Below are positions 46,977 through 57,381 of a stretch of 57,381 bases of DNA, piece by piece (positions within the stretch are counted from its first letter, which is position 1; the number at the start of each line of letters is the position of its first letter). The position numbers were made by a program, and so were the translations under genes. Origin of the DNA: an uncultured Gemmatimonas sp. (lineage in GTDB: Bacteria; Gemmatimonadota; Gemmatimonadetes; Gemmatimonadales; Gemmatimonadaceae); NCBI GenBank assembly GCA_964445835.1, contig CAYUMN010000001.1, forward strand, positions 1-57,381, written 5' to 3'. The notes beneath the pieces are model-generated. The model worked only from the letters and a program-made list of their open reading frames with translations. It was not told the DNA's origin and made no database searches.

Positions 46977-49900
46977 TTAGCGCTGGTAGAGGTCGACCAA
47001 CTCACGGAGGCGCCGAGTGATGTCCGGCGTCACCTGCTGCCACGTGAAGCGGAATCCCCAGTTGCCCGCTTGGCGTCCGGGGAGGTTCATGCGTGCCTCA
47101 CCTCCGAGGCCCAACAAGTCCTGCATCGGCAGGAGTGCCGTATTCGCAACAGACGCGAGTGCGGTGCGAATCAACACCCAATGCATCTCCTTCCCATCGG
47201 TGGCGAGATAGCGGCGCGCAAAGGCCTGCTCGGCCGCGATCATCTCCGTGGTGCGCGTGGAGTCACCACCGGGCTGTGAATTCCACCACCCCATCGTCGT
47301 ATCGTTGTCATGTGTGCCGGTGTAGACGACCCGCTCGCGCGGATACCGATGCGGCTGGAAGTCGTTCGCACTACCATCGCCTCCAAAGGCGAACTGGAGG
47401 ATGCTCATTCCCGGATACCCGAACTTCTCGCGCAACGCCTCGACCTCTGGCGTGATCAGTCCCAGATTCTCAGCGACGATCGGGAGCGGTCCGAGCGCCC
47501 GCGTGATGGCACTGAAAAGCTCGTCACCGGGCGCCTTCACCCATCGCCCGTTGATGGCGGTGGTGTCTTTGCCCGGCACCTCCCAAAAGGCCTCAAATCC
47601 GCGGAAGTGATCGATCCGCACGACATCGAAGTGTCGGAACATCGCGCGCATCCGCTTGATCCACCAGGCGAAGCCATCGGCGCGCATCGCCTCCCAATTG
47701 TAGATCGGGTTGCCCCAGAGCTGGCCCGTTGCGCTGAAGTAATCCGGCGGGACGCCGGCCTGTACTTTCGTGTGCCCCATGTCATCGAGCTGGAAGTAGC
47801 CGGGCTCGGCCCAGACATCCGCGGAATCGTGCGCGACGTAGATCGGGAGGTCACCCATGATCTGAACGCCGACCCGGGCGCAATGCTGGCGGACATCGCC
47901 CCACTGCTGGAAGAAGAAGTGCTGCACGCGGCGATGGTGCTCGATCTCCGTGGCCAGTTCGTCTCGCCAGTGATGCAGGGCCACGGGATCGCGACGGCGT
48001 GCCCCGTCATCCCACTTTGTCCATTGCACGCCACCATGCGCGTCCTTGAGCGCCATGAAGAGGGCAAAGTCCTCAAGCCACCACGCATTCTCGCTCACGA
48101 AATGCCGGTACGCGTCGTCGGGCTGGAAGGTATCGGTGGCGTGCTTGAGGGCCGAACGCTTTCGCGGGATGACGCGGCCCCACTCGATCTGATGTGCATC
48201 GAAGTCGCCCTCGCACCCTGGGACGTGCACGAGCATCGGGTTGCCGGCGAATGCGGAGAAGCACTGATACGGCGAATCGCCGTAGCCGGTGGGTCCGATC
48301 GGCAGCACCTGCCACAACTTCATTCCGGCGGCGGCCATGAAGTCCACAAAATGGTGCGCGTCGGGGCCGAGGTCGCCGATGCCACAGGGGCCGGGGAGCG
48401 AGGTCGGATGGAGCAGCACACCGGCGGAACGTGGGAAAGTCATAGAGGGGTAGGCACGCCCGAGGGGCGTGTGATCAGTGGAAAGAGACAATGAATCAGG
48501 CGCCTCGTCCGTCTGCGGTTCCTCAATCAGGAGCACGACAGAACGTGCCGACAGCGGGAGTGGACGACGTGCATCGATCGGCACATCGGGTTGTGACGTA
48601 GATGGGGCATCGGTGGCGATCACATGGCGCCAGCGATGGCCGGGCCGAGGTGTCGGCACGCGCAATGCCACGTCGTGCGCCGCGCCGTGGAGCGCCACGA
48701 GGGCACGATCATCTGCGGGACCGGTGAGGAGCGCAATCAGCGTCCGCACGCGCCCCGACGACCAATCTTCGAACGACATCTCGTGGCCGTCGGGATGCAG
48801 CCACTGGACGTCGTCGAGTCCTCCAGACTGCCGCGGCTCGCCGACGAGCCAGCGATCCTCACGAAGTGCTGGATGCTGCCGACGTATGGCGATGAGACGC
48901 GCGGTGAACTCGGCGAGCCCGAGATCGGCCTGCGCCCAGTCGATCCATGTTGTCGGGTTGTCCTGCGCGTAAGCGTTGTTGTTGCCCTGCTGCGTATGGC
49001 CGAGTTCGTCGCCCATGGTGAGCATCGGCGTGCCGCGCGAGCAGAGGAGGGTGGCGAGAAGCGCGCGGACATCGCGTTCCCGCTTCTGCCGTACGAGGGC
49101 GTTCGTGGTGGGACCCTCGACGCCGTGATTCCACGAATGGTTGGCGTTGGTGCCGTCACGGTTCCCCTCGCCATTCGCATCGTTGTGCTTACGCTCGTAG
49201 CTCACCAGATCGGCAGCCGTGAAACCATCGTGCGCAGTGATGAAGTTCACGGAGCGCGACGGGCGGCGCTGACGCGTACCGAAGAGATCGGGAGAGCCGG
49301 CGATCCGTGTGGCGAGATCGCCCACGTGCTCACCGTCGCCGCGCCAGAAGTGGCGCACACGGTCGCGATACCGATCATTCCACTCCGCCCACGCCGCGGG
49401 AAACTCCCCGAGCCGATACCCGCCTTGGCCGATATCCCAGGGTTCGGCGATATGCTTCAGCGAACGGAGCACGGGGTCCTGCGTGATGGCCTCAAGCAGC
49501 GGCGCGTGCGGATCGAAGCCTGTCTCACGCCGCGCGATGGTCGTGGCGAGATCGTAGCGGAACCCATCCACCCCGGCCCACTCCACCCAATGCCGCAACG
49601 TATCGATCGCGAGTTCGGCCACCGGAGCACGGTCGAGCGCGAGCGCGTTGCCCGTGCCGGTGTCGTTGACGTAGCGCGCCGCGTCGCCCGGGACGAGGCG
49701 ATAATACGTCGCGTTGTCGAGTCCGCGTAGGGAGACCGTCGGGCCACGCTCGTCCCCCTCGGCGCTGTGATTCAACACGATGTCCAGCAGCACCTCGATC
49801 CCGGCGGCATGCAACGCATCCACGCAGGCTCGCAGTTCGCCGATGCCGCCTGGAGCAAGCCGCGGATCGGGGACCATCCAGCCGACCGTGTTGTAGCCCC

Positions 49901-50609
49901 AGTAGTTCGTCAGTCCGAGTTGGACGAGATGCGATTCGTCCATCGCGGCAGCAATGGGAAGCAGTTCGACCGCGGTGACGCCGAGTTTTACGAGGTGCTC
50001 GATAGCGGCAGGGTGCGCGAGTCCCGCGGCGGTGCCTCGGAGTTCGACCGGGACATCGGGATGCTGCTTGGTGAAGCCCCGCACGTGCATCTCGTAGATG
50101 ACCGACTCGGCGAGCGGAACGGGAGTGTGTCGCGAGACGGATCGCCCGCGCGCCGAATCTTCTGCAGCGAGCCAGGTCTCGAGCCAAGCATCGAGTCCGG
50201 GGAGGATGATCCCCTTTGGGACGTGATCGGCGCTGTCGCTGCCGGTACAGGATCCGTCGGCGTGCTGGCCCCGCTGTGACTGGTGCAACTGAAAGGGGCG
50301 ATCAACGGCGCGCGCGTACGGATCGACGAGCAGCTTGGCATGATCGAAGCGATGCCCTTCGTGAGGCGCCCAGGGGCCCTGTGCCCGCAGCCCGTAGCGC
50401 GCACCGGCCGTGATGCCTTCCACGAGGCCATGAAAGACCGAGCCAGTGCGTTCCGGGAGCGCGAGGCGCGCGACCTCACGTTCGCCGCGCTCGTCGAAGA
50501 GACAGAAGTCGATTCCCGCCGCGTACTGCGAGAAGACCGCGATGTTCGCGCCCTGCGCCGTCAGCGTCACACCCAGTGGGGCTGGGCTTCCCGGGAGGAC
50601 GCGAGGCAC
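46977..50609 (-). CDS. glgX-malQ: Glycogen debranching enzyme GlgX fused in frame to 4-alpha-glucanotransferase MalQ (GH77)
   Basis: GlgX: KLLVDPYAR, NYWGYN, DIVLNHSAEG, DGFRYDLA, AEPWD, AHDGFT. MalQ from ATG 48443: GVLLHPTSLP, GDLPIYV, GQLWGNP, RIDHFRGF, AENLG, YTGTHDNDT. No stop between the two. Confidence 0.92.
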   Translation of the reverse strand: MPRVLPGSPAPLGVTLTAQGANIAVFSQYAAGIDFCLFDERGEREVARLALPERTGSVFHGLVEGITAGARYGLRAQGPWAPHEGHRFDHAKLLVDPYARAVDRPFQLHQSQRGQHADGSCTGSDSADHVPKGIILPGLDAWLETWLAAEDSARGRSVSRHTPVPLAESVIYEMHVRGFTKQHPDVPVELRGTAAGLAHPAAIEHLVKLGVTAVELLPIAAAMDESHLVQLGLTNYWGYNTVGWMVPDPRLAPGGIGELRACVDALHAAGIEVLLDIVLNHSAEGDERGPTVSLRGLDNATYYRLVPGDAARYVNDTGTGNALALDRAPVAELAIDTLRHWVEWAGVDGFRYDLATTIARRETGFDPHAPLLEAITQDPVLRSLKHIAEPWDIGQGGYRLGEFPAAWAEWNDRYRDRVRHFWRGDGEHVGDLATRIAGSPDLFGTRQRRPSRSVNFITAHDGFTAADLVSYERKHNDANGEGNRDGTNANHSWNHGVEGPTTNALVRQKRERDVRALLATLLCSRGTPMLTMGDELGHTQQGNNNAYAQDNPTTWIDWAQADLGLAEFTARLIAIRRQHPALREDRWLVGEPRQSGGLDDVQWLHPDGHEMSFEDWSSGRVRTLIALLTGPADDRALVALHGAAHDVALRVPTPRPGHRWRHVIATDAPSTSQPDVPIDARRPLPLSARSVVLLIEEPQTDEAPDSLSLSTDHTPLGRAYPSMTFPRSAGVLLHPTSLPGPCGIGDLGPDAHHFVDFMAAAGMKLWQVLPIGPTGYGDSPYQCFSAFAGNPMLVHVPGCEGDFDAHQIEWGRVIPRKRSALKHATDTFQPDDAYRHFVSENAWWLEDFALFMALKDAHGGVQWTKWDDGARRRDPVALHHWRDELATEIEHHRRVQHFFFQQWGDVRQHCARVGVQIMGDLPIYVAHDSADVWAEPGYFQLDDMGHTKVQAGVPPDYFSATGQLWGNPIYNWEAMRADGFAWWIKRMRAMFRHFDVVRIDHFRGFEAFWEVPGKDTTAINGRWVKAPGDELFSAITRALGPLPIVAENLGLITPEVEALREKFGYPGMSILQFAFGGDGSANDFQPHRYPRERVVYTGTHDNDTTMGWWNSQPGGDSTRTTEMIAAEQAFARRYLATDGKEMHWVLIRTALASVANTALLPMQDLLGLGGEARMNLPGRQAGNWGFRFTWQQVTPDITRRLRELVDLYQR

Positions 50610-50611
50610 GG

Positions 50612-52096
50612 TCAGACGGCCGACATCGGTGCGGCGGTGCCGCGTGCCACCAGTGCGCGGAAGAGTGCGGCGTATTGCGCGGCCGGCCGGGTCCAGCTCA
50701 CGTCCATCGCCATCGCGCGTCGCTGCAGATTCCGCCACACGGTCGGCTGTGCCCACAGTCCGGCCGTCCGCTCAAGTGCGTAGAGCAGGCCGTCGGTCGT
50801 GACCGGGGAGAACATCACTCCGGTCCCCATCCTGGCCGCGAGCGCCGCGTCATTGGCATCCACAACGGTATCGGCGAGTCCACCCGTCCGCGCGACGACG
50901 GGAATCGCGCCGTAGCGCTGCGCGTAGAGTTGCGTGAGTCCACAGGGCTCGAATCGCGATGGCACCAACAGGGCGTCCACACCAGCCTGCATGCCATGCG
51001 CGAGCGCTTCGTCGTAGCCGATGCGCACCGCGATCTGCTTGGGGTGCTGCATCGCCAGGTCCAGCAGTGCGGTCTCAAGGAGCGCGTCACCTGAGCCGAG
51101 CAATGCGAGTTGCGCCCCCTGCGCGACGAGCGACGGAAGGACTTCGATCAGCAGATCGATGCCTTTCTGCCCCGTCAGCCTGCTGACCACGCCGTAGAGC
51201 AACGTGCTTGCCGAGACGTCGAGTCCGAGGCGCCCCTGCAGCGCCAGCTTATTGCGCACACGATCCTTCAATCGCTTCGCGTCGAATGGCGTGGCGATGT
51301 AGCCATCGTGCGCCGGATCCCAATCGAAGGCATCGATCCCGTTGAGGATGCCAGAGACCGCCGCGCCGCGCTTGCGGAGCAATCCGCCAAGTCCCATGCC
51401 GCCGATATTCGTGCGAATCTCCGCCGCGTAGGTCGGAGAGACGGTGGTGATGTGATCCGCGAAGACGAGTCCGGCTTTCAAGAAACTGATTCCGCCGTAG
51501 TACTCGAGCTCTTCAAGCGAATACGCCTCCGCCGGAAGACCAAGCGGCGCAAGCAACTCGGCGGAGAACTTTCCCTGGAAGGCGAGGTTGTGCACGGTCA
51601 CGACGGTCACTGGGCGCGGCCCGTCGGAGTACGCGAGGTACGCCGGGACCAGTCCCGCTTGCCAATCGTGGCAATGCACGACGTCTGGCGTGTAGCCAAG
51701 CACGAGGCCACGGCCGACATCGGCGGCGGCGCGACTCAATGCCCCAAAACGAATCGCGTTGTCGGGCCAATCCTTGCCATCGGGGCCGAGGTAGGGATTG
51801 CCTGGGCGGTCGAAGAGATGCGGCGCGTCGAGCACCATGAGGTCGAGTGCCCCCGCCGTGCCGGCGAGCAGGCGCGCCGGTCCCCCCATGAGCTGCTCGT
51901 ACTCGTGGGCGACGTGCCCGTCCTTGAGTGCCTTGAGCACGCTCGGATAGCCAGGTACGAGGGTCCGGACCTCGACGTCTTCGGGCGCGAGGGCCGTCGG
52001 CAATGCGCCGACGACGTCGGCGAGCCCGCCGGTCTTCACGAGGGGATAGACCTCGGACGTGACCGAAAGAACAGTCAGCGATTGAGAAGTCGTCAC
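50612..52096 (-). CDS. glgA: Glycogen synthase
   Basis: [45 protein letters not shown]; GTGA overlap with glgC. Confidence 0.96.
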   Translation of the reverse strand: MTTSQSLTVLSVTSEVYPLVKTGGLADVVGALPTALAPEDVEVRTLVPGYPSVLKALKDGHVAHEYEQLMGGPARLLAGTAGALDLMVLDAPHLFDRPGNPYLGPDGKDWPDNAIRFGALSRAAADVGRGLVLGYTPDVVHCHDWQAGLVPAYLAYSDGPRPVTVVTVHNLAFQGKFSAELLAPLGLPAEAYSLEELEYYGGISFLKAGLVFADHITTVSPTYAAEIRTNIGGMGLGGLLRKRGAAVSGILNGIDAFDWDPAHDGYIATPFDAKRLKDRVRNKLALQGRLGLDVSASTLLYGVVSRLTGQKGIDLLIEVLPSLVAQGAQLALLGSGDALLETALLDLAMQHPKQIAVRIGYDEALAHGMQAGVDALLVPSRFEPCGLTQLYAQRYGAIPVVARTGGLADTVVDANDAALAARMGTGVMFSPVTTDGLLYALERTAGLWAQPTVWRNLQRRAMAMDVSWTRPAAQYAALFRALVARGTAAPMSAV

Positions 52097-53358
52097 AGCG
52101 AGAGTCGGTCGATCATCTGCTGAGTGATGAGGCAGACCCCGCCCTCGGACCGGCGGAAGCGTTGCGCGTCGAGCTCGGGATCGGTACCGACGATGAGCCC
52201 GGCGGGAATCTTCACGCCTTGGTCCACGACGACGTTCTTGAGGTGCGAGCCACGCGCGATGTCCACGTACGGCAGAATCACGCCATTCTCGACGCTCGAC
52301 CATGAGTGGACCTGCACGCCCGTGAAGAGAAGCGAGCGGCGGACCGTCGCGCCCGACACGATACAGCCACCCGAGACGAGCGCCGAAACGGCCTCGCCGC
52401 GTCGGCCTTCAACGTCATGCACGAACTTGGCCGGTGGAGTGATCTCGCCGTACGTCCAGATCGGCCAGTCCTGGTCAAAGAGATCGAGACGTGGGACGAC
52501 GTCCGTGAGATCGACGTTCGCCTCCCAGTAGGCATCGATCGTGCCGACGTCACGCCAGTAGGCTTCGGTCTCCGTCTTGCCGCGCACGCAGCTCTCGGTG
52601 AAACGGTGCGCCACGGCCGTCCCATGCTTGACGAGGAAGGGGATGATGTCCTTTCCGAAGTCGCGCGAGGAATGCGGATCGTTCGCATCGCGCACCAGTT
52701 GTTCGTTGAGGAAGGTGCGCTTGAAGACGTAGATGCCCATGCTCGCGAGCGCGAACCCCGGCTTGTCCGGCATCTCGGGAGGCTGTGCGGGCTTCTCGAA
52801 GAAATCAACAATGCGATCGTTCTCGCCCACATGCATGACCCCGAAGCCCTTCGCCTCGGCGACCGGCACCTCGATGCAGGCCACCGTCACATCGGCGCCT
52901 GAGTTCACGTGCTGCACGAGCATGCGCTCGTAATCCATCTTGTAGACGTGGTCGCCGGCGAGGATCAGCAGGTACTCGGGAGCATAGCCATCAATGATGT
53001 CGATGTTCTGGTACACCGCATCCGCCGTGCCCATGTACCAGCGGTCCTCGCTGACGCGCTGCGAGGCCGGTAGGATATCGAAGCTCTCGTTGCGCTCGGT
53101 CCGCAGGAAGTTCCAGCCGCGCTGCATGTGGCGGATCAGGCTGTGCGCCTTGTACTGCGTCGCAACGGCAAGACGACGAATGCCGGAGTTGAGCGCATTC
53201 GAGAGCGTGAAGTCGACGATACGCGACTTGCCTCCGAAGTACACCGCCGGCTTCGCGCGCCGATCGGTGAGTTCCATCAGGCGCGAGCCTCGCCCGCCGG
53301 CGAGAACATAGGCCATGGTGGAACGAGAGATCGGCGTGGAGTAGGTGACGTGTGACAC
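52093..53358 (-). CDS. glgC: Glucose-1-phosphate adenylyltransferase
   Basis: [54 protein letters not shown]; GGAG RBS before GTG 53358. Confidence 0.97.
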   Translation of the reverse strand: MSHVTYSTPISRSTMAYVLAGGRGSRLMELTDRRAKPAVYFGGKSRIVDFTLSNALNSGIRRLAVATQYKAHSLIRHMQRGWNFLRTERNESFDILPASQRVSEDRWYMGTADAVYQNIDIIDGYAPEYLLILAGDHVYKMDYERMLVQHVNSGADVTVACIEVPVAEAKGFGVMHVGENDRIVDFFEKPAQPPEMPDKPGFALASMGIYVFKRTFLNEQLVRDANDPHSSRDFGKDIIPFLVKHGTAVAHRFTESCVRGKTETEAYWRDVGTIDAYWEANVDLTDVVPRLDLFDQDWPIWTYGEITPPAKFVHDVEGRRGEAVSALVSGGCIVSGATVRRSLLFTGVQVHSWSSVENGVILPYVDIARGSHLKNVVVDQGVKIPAGLIVGTDPELDAQRFRRSEGGVCLITQQMIDRLSL

Positions 53359-53371
53359 GGGTGCTCCGAGA

Positions 53372-53404
53372 GTGAACTCAGCCTTCGTGAACTCAGCCTT
53401 CGTG
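53372..53404. repeat. 15-bp tandem duplication (GTGAACTCAGCCTTC)x2 spanning the glgB stop codon
   Basis: Read directly from the sequence. Confidence 0.9.
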
Positions 53405-55675
53405 GACAAACCAAAGTGTGGCGAGCGGGGGCAGGACCACCGTTGCCGAGTGCGGGAACCCATGGCTCGGTGACGGCGACGCATGCACGCCTCCACCATT
53501 GCCGACATTCGACCCCCCGTACAGCGCGGAATCGCTGTTGAGCACTTCGCGCCATCGCCCACCCTCAGGAAGCCCAATGACATACGCGGGACGAGGGACG
53601 GGAGTCATGTTGACCAGTGCGACAAGCGGGCGAGTCCCCGCACCACCGTAGCGGACCCACGCGTAGACCGAGTGCGCGCTGTCATCCACGGTGATCCACT
53701 GGAAGCCTTCGCCTTCGCAATCGCGCGCATGCAGCGCCGGCTCGGCGCGTAGCAGAAGATTGCAGTCGCGCACGAGTGATTTCACGCCATGGTGCCACGG
53801 GATATCGAGCAGGTGCCAGTCGAGCGACTGCTCGTGGTTCCATTCGCGACCCTGGCCGAACTCGCCTCCCATGAACAGCAGCTTCTTGCCGGGATGCGCC
53901 CACATGAAGGCGAGGTACGCCCGCAACTGGGCGAACCGCTGCCAACCATCGCCCGGCATGCGGTCGAGCAGCGACTTCTTCCCATGCACGACTTCATCGT
54001 GTGACAGCGGCAGCACGAAGTTCTCGGTGAAGGCATACACGAGCCCAAAGGTCATCTGGTCGTGATGCCACTGCCGATGCACTGGGTCCTCACTCATGTA
54101 CTCGAGGGTGTCGTGCATCCACCCCATGTTCCACTTGAAGCCGAACCCGAGTCCGCCCTCTGAGGTCGGTCGCGAGACACCGGGCCACGCGGTGCTCTCC
54201 TCCGCGAGCGTCACGACGCCGGGAAAGTGCGCGTAGACCGTCTCGTTCATGCGCCGCAGGAAATCCACCGCCTCGAGGTTCTCGCGTCCGCCGAGGCGGT
54301 TGGGGATCCATTCCCCTTCCTTCCGCGAGTAGTCGAGATACAGCATCGAGGCGACCGCGTCCACGCGCAAGCCGTCGATGTGGAACACCTCGAGCCAGAA
54401 GAGCGCGTTGGCGATCAGAAAGTTCGACACCTCGCGCCGACCGAAGTTGTAGATCAGCGTGTTCCAGTCGGGATGAAACCCGAGTCGCGGATCCTCATGC
54501 TCGTAGAGCGCCGTCCCGTCGAACCGCGCCAGGCCATGTGCGTCGGAGGGAAAGTGTGCCGGTACCCAGTCGATGATCACGCCGATGCCGTTGGTGTGGC
54601 AACGGTCAACGAAACGCGCGAACGCTGCGGGGTCACCGAACCGCGAGGTCGGCGCGAAGAGCCCGACCGGCTGATAGCCCCACGATGCGTCGAAGGGATG
54701 CTCATTGATCGGCATCAGCTCCACATGCGTGAAGCCCATGTCCCGCACGTACGGCACGAGTTCGTCGGCGAGCTCGTCGTACGTGAGCCAGCGATTCCCG
54801 TCGCCGCGGCGCCAGGAGCCGAGGTGCACCTCGTAGGTGCTCATCGGAGCGCGGTGCTTCGCGACGCCATCGCGATGCTTCATCCACGCGTGGTCATGCC
54901 ACTGCAGTCGCGACGGGTCGAACACGCGCGAGGCCGTGGACGGACGCAACTCGGCGGCGAAGCCCACCGGATCGCTCTTCAGCGGCAACAGCGTGCCGTC
55001 TGCGGCGGTCAATTCGTACTTGTAGAGCGCCCCCTCATGCACGCCGGGAATGAAGATCTCCCAGACACCGGTGGCATGTCGCAGGCGCATCACATGACGC
55101 CGGCCATCCCAGTCGTTGAAATCACCCACCACGCTGACACGCCGTGCGTTGGGCGCCCAAACGGCGAACTGCACCCCCACGGTCCCTTCATGCGGAATGA
55201 GGTGCGCGCCGAGTCGCTTGTAGAGCTGGGCGTGCGTCCCTTCGCCGAAGAGCCAATCGTCCGTCGGGCCGAGCACGGGACCGAACGCGTACGGATCATC
55301 GACGGTCCAGGTATCGGTACCGCGGGTCGCGCGCAACCAGTACCGAAGGCGGCCGTCCACGGGGCCCTCAAAGAAGCCAGCGTCGTGCGTGCGCTGCAGC
55401 ACCGCCACCACATGCTCGGCCTCGTTGATCGCTTCGAGCCGCTCGGCACCGGGAATGAAGGCGCGCAGCACATGGGATTCGCCGACCGCGTGGATGCCGA
55501 GGATAGCGAAGGGGTCGCCATGCGTACCGGCGACGATCGCTTCGATCGCCTCGCGATGGAGTGCCGCTGCCTTATTCGGCGCGATCTTCTTGACCGCGAC
55601 CTTTTTCACCGTCGCCTTTCTGGCGACGGCCTTCTTGCGCTGGGGTTCCTCGTCGTCACCGCTTCGGCGCGGCAT
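53393..55675 (-). CDS. glgB: 1,4-alpha-glucan branching enzyme
   Basis: [61 protein letters not shown]; Lys-rich N-terminal leader; start uncertain. Confidence 0.96.
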   Translation of the reverse strand: MPRRSGDDEEPQRKKAVARKATVKKVAVKKIAPNKAAALHREAIEAIVAGTHGDPFAILGIHAVGESHVLRAFIPGAERLEAINEAEHVVAVLQRTHDAGFFEGPVDGRLRYWLRATRGTDTWTVDDPYAFGPVLGPTDDWLFGEGTHAQLYKRLGAHLIPHEGTVGVQFAVWAPNARRVSVVGDFNDWDGRRHVMRLRHATGVWEIFIPGVHEGALYKYELTAADGTLLPLKSDPVGFAAELRPSTASRVFDPSRLQWHDHAWMKHRDGVAKHRAPMSTYEVHLGSWRRGDGNRWLTYDELADELVPYVRDMGFTHVELMPINEHPFDASWGYQPVGLFAPTSRFGDPAAFARFVDRCHTNGIGVIIDWVPAHFPSDAHGLARFDGTALYEHEDPRLGFHPDWNTLIYNFGRREVSNFLIANALFWLEVFHIDGLRVDAVASMLYLDYSRKEGEWIPNRLGGRENLEAVDFLRRMNETVYAHFPGVVTLAEESTAWPGVSRPTSEGGLGFGFKWNMGWMHDTLEYMSEDPVHRQWHHDQMTFGLVYAFTENFVLPLSHDEVVHGKKSLLDRMPGDGWQRFAQLRAYLAFMWAHPGKKLLFMGGEFGQGREWNHEQSLDWHLLDIPWHHGVKSLVRDCNLLLRAEPALHARDCEGEGFQWITVDDSAHSVYAWVRYGGAGTRPLVALVNMTPVPRPAYVIGLPEGGRWREVLNSDSALYGGSNVGNGGGVHASPSPSHGFPHSATVVLPPLATLWFVHEG

Positions 55676-57381
55676 CCCAAATCTCCGTCGCGTACTCGCG
55701 AATCGTACGGTCGGACGAGAACCAGCTCGTGCGCGCCGTGTTGAGCACCGCCTTACGCCACCAGAGGTCGCGAGTGCGCCACTGCTTCCCCACCTCGTAC
55801 TGCATGCCGTGGAAGGCATCAAAGTCGGCGCAGACCATGAAGTGGTCGCGGTGACGCAGGTTGTTCACGAGGTCGCGGTACCGTCCACGATCGTCCGGCG
55901 AGAAGACTCCCTGCTCCAGCTCGTCGAGTACCTGTCGTAGCGCGGGGGAGCCAGCGATCGTCTCGGACATGTCGAGCCCCTGAGCACGCCGCGCCGCGAC
56001 CTCTTCTGCCAGCAAGCCGAAGATGAAGATGTTGTCGCGCCCCACATGCTCGCTGATCTCGATGTTGGCACCGTCGAGTGTACCAATGGTCAGGGCCCCG
56101 TTCAGGGCGAGCTTCATGTTGCCCGTGCCCGACGCCTCCATGCCCGCCGTCGAGATCTGCTCCGACAGGTCCGCGGCCGGGATGATCGACTCGGCGAGGC
56201 TGACGTTGTAGTTCGGAAGAAAGACCACCCGGAGCCGGTCGCGGATGACGGGGTCGCGGTTCACGACCTTCGCCACATCATTGATGAGCTTGATGATCAG
56301 CTTGGCGGTGTGGTAGCCGGCCGCCGCCTTCCCCGCGAAGATGCGCACGCGCGGCACCCAGTCGTCGTGCGGACGCGCGCGCATCGCGTTGTAGGTCGCG
56401 ATCGTCTCAAGGATGTTCAGCAGCTGTCGCTTGTATTCATGAATGCGCTTGATGTGGACGTCAAAGAGCGCATCCGGATCGAGGCGCAGGCCGAGCCGGT
56501 CGGTGACGATCCGCGCGAGCGCGATCTTGTTCGTGCGGCGCACTGCGGCATACGCGTCGCGAAAGCCGGCATCCTCGGCGAAGGGTTCCAAGTCGCGCAA
56601 CCGCTCGAGATCGTCGCGGAAGGCGGGGCCGATGGTGTCGCTGATCAGGCGAGTGAGGCCAGGGTTCGCCTCAAAGAGCCAGCGGCGGAAGGTGATGCCG
56701 TTGGTCTTGTTGATGATGCGGTCGGGATAGAGCGCGTGGAAATCCCGAAAGACCGTCTGGCGCATCAGCTCCGTGTGCAGCGCGGACACGCCGTTCACGT
56801 GACGCGCCGCAAGGAAGGCCAGGTTCCCCATCCGCACCGACCGGCTGCCGTTCTCCTCGATGAGCGAGATCGTCGCCAGTTGCGCGGCATTCGACGCGCC
56901 GCGGCGGCGCAGCGCGTCCAGATGCTCGGCGTTGATGAGATAGATGATCTGCATGTGCCGCGGGAGCAACGACTCCATCAGCGACACCGACCACTTCTCC
57001 AGCGCCTCGGGGAGCAGCGTGTGGTTGGTGTAGTTGAACACCGACCGCGTGATCTCCCACGCCGCGTCCCACGCCATGCCGTGAATGTCCACCAGCAAGC
57101 GCATCAGCTCCGGAATCGCGATCACCGGATGCGTGTCGTTCAGTTGGATCGCGGCATGGTCGGGGAGCGAGGTCAGCTCGCCGTACTGACGCAGGTGCCG
57201 ACGCAGCAGGTCCTGCAGCGACGCACTGGCGAAGAACATCTCCTGGCGGAGACGCAGCTCGTGTCCGGCGGGAGTTTCGTCGCTCGGGTAGAGGACGCGC
57301 GAAATCGCCTCGAGGCGCACGCGGTCCGCCAGCGCGCCCACGTGGTCGCCACGATTGAAATCCGCGAGGTCAATCGGATCC
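55656..57381 (-). CDS. glgP: Glycogen/maltodextrin phosphorylase, C-terminal part (5' end outside window)
   Basis: [46 protein letters not shown] (PLP Lys), [11 protein letters not shown]. Confidence 0.97.
   Translation of the reverse strand, partial: DPIDLADFNRGDHVGALADRVRLEAISRVLYPSDETPAGHELRLRQEMFFASASLQDLLRRHLRQYGELTSLPDHAAIQLNDTHPVIAIPELMRLLVDIHGMAWDAAWEITRSVFNYTNHTLLPEALEKWSVSLMESLLPRHMQIIYLINAEHLDALRRRGASNAAQLATISLIEENGSRSVRMGNLAFLAARHVNGVSALHTELMRQTVFRDFHALYPDRIINKTNGITFRRWLFEANPGLTRLISDTIGPAFRDDLERLRDLEPFAEDAGFRDAYAAVRRTNKIALARIVTDRLGLRLDPDALFDVHIKRIHEYKRQLLNILETIATYNAMRARPHDDWVPRVRIFAGKAAAGYHTAKLIIKLINDVAKVVNRDPVIRDRLRVVFLPNYNVSLAESIIPAADLSEQISTAGMEASGTGNMKLALNGALTIGTLDGANIEISEHVGRDNIFIFGLLAEEVAARRAQGLDMSETIAGSPALRQVLDELEQGVFSPDDRGRYRDLVNNLRHRDHFMVCADFDAFHGMQYEVGKQWRTRDLWWRKAVLNTARTSWFSSDRTIREYATEIWDAAPKR

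Overview
GC-rich bacterial chromosomal segment. The gene mix (Hanks-type kinase, SusC/SusD pair in a high-GC background, many lipoproteins) suggests Gemmatimonadota; this is inference, not a database result. From left to right: the 5' part of katG; two L,D-transpeptidase-family genes; an HDOD protein; a minus-strand amidohydrolase / YjbQ / form IV RuBisCO-like protein / hydrolase cluster; a decayed Ig-like carbohydrate-binding pseudogene; and a DUF3494 ice-binding lipoprotein. Next is the best candidate for a novel system, a translationally coupled operon (11610-20106). It encodes a Ser/Thr kinase fused to a degenerate peptidoglycan transglycosylase domain, a GH18-like lipoprotein, a KaiC/RecA-ATPase-pseudoREC-degenerate GGDEF protein (BcsE-like architecture), a TPR/beta-barrel export protein, a PgaC/IcaA-type GT2 synthase and a small membrane protein. 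After a few housekeeping genes comes a ~33 kb alpha-glucan supercluster: a Sus-like starch locus containing a complete glucose-family PTS, converging on a glgP-glgB-glgC-glgA-glgX::malQ-MFS-GH13::esterase operon. I recognised no rRNA, tRNA, CRISPR array or transposase. All family calls come from motif recognition by eye, and start codons are my best estimates.
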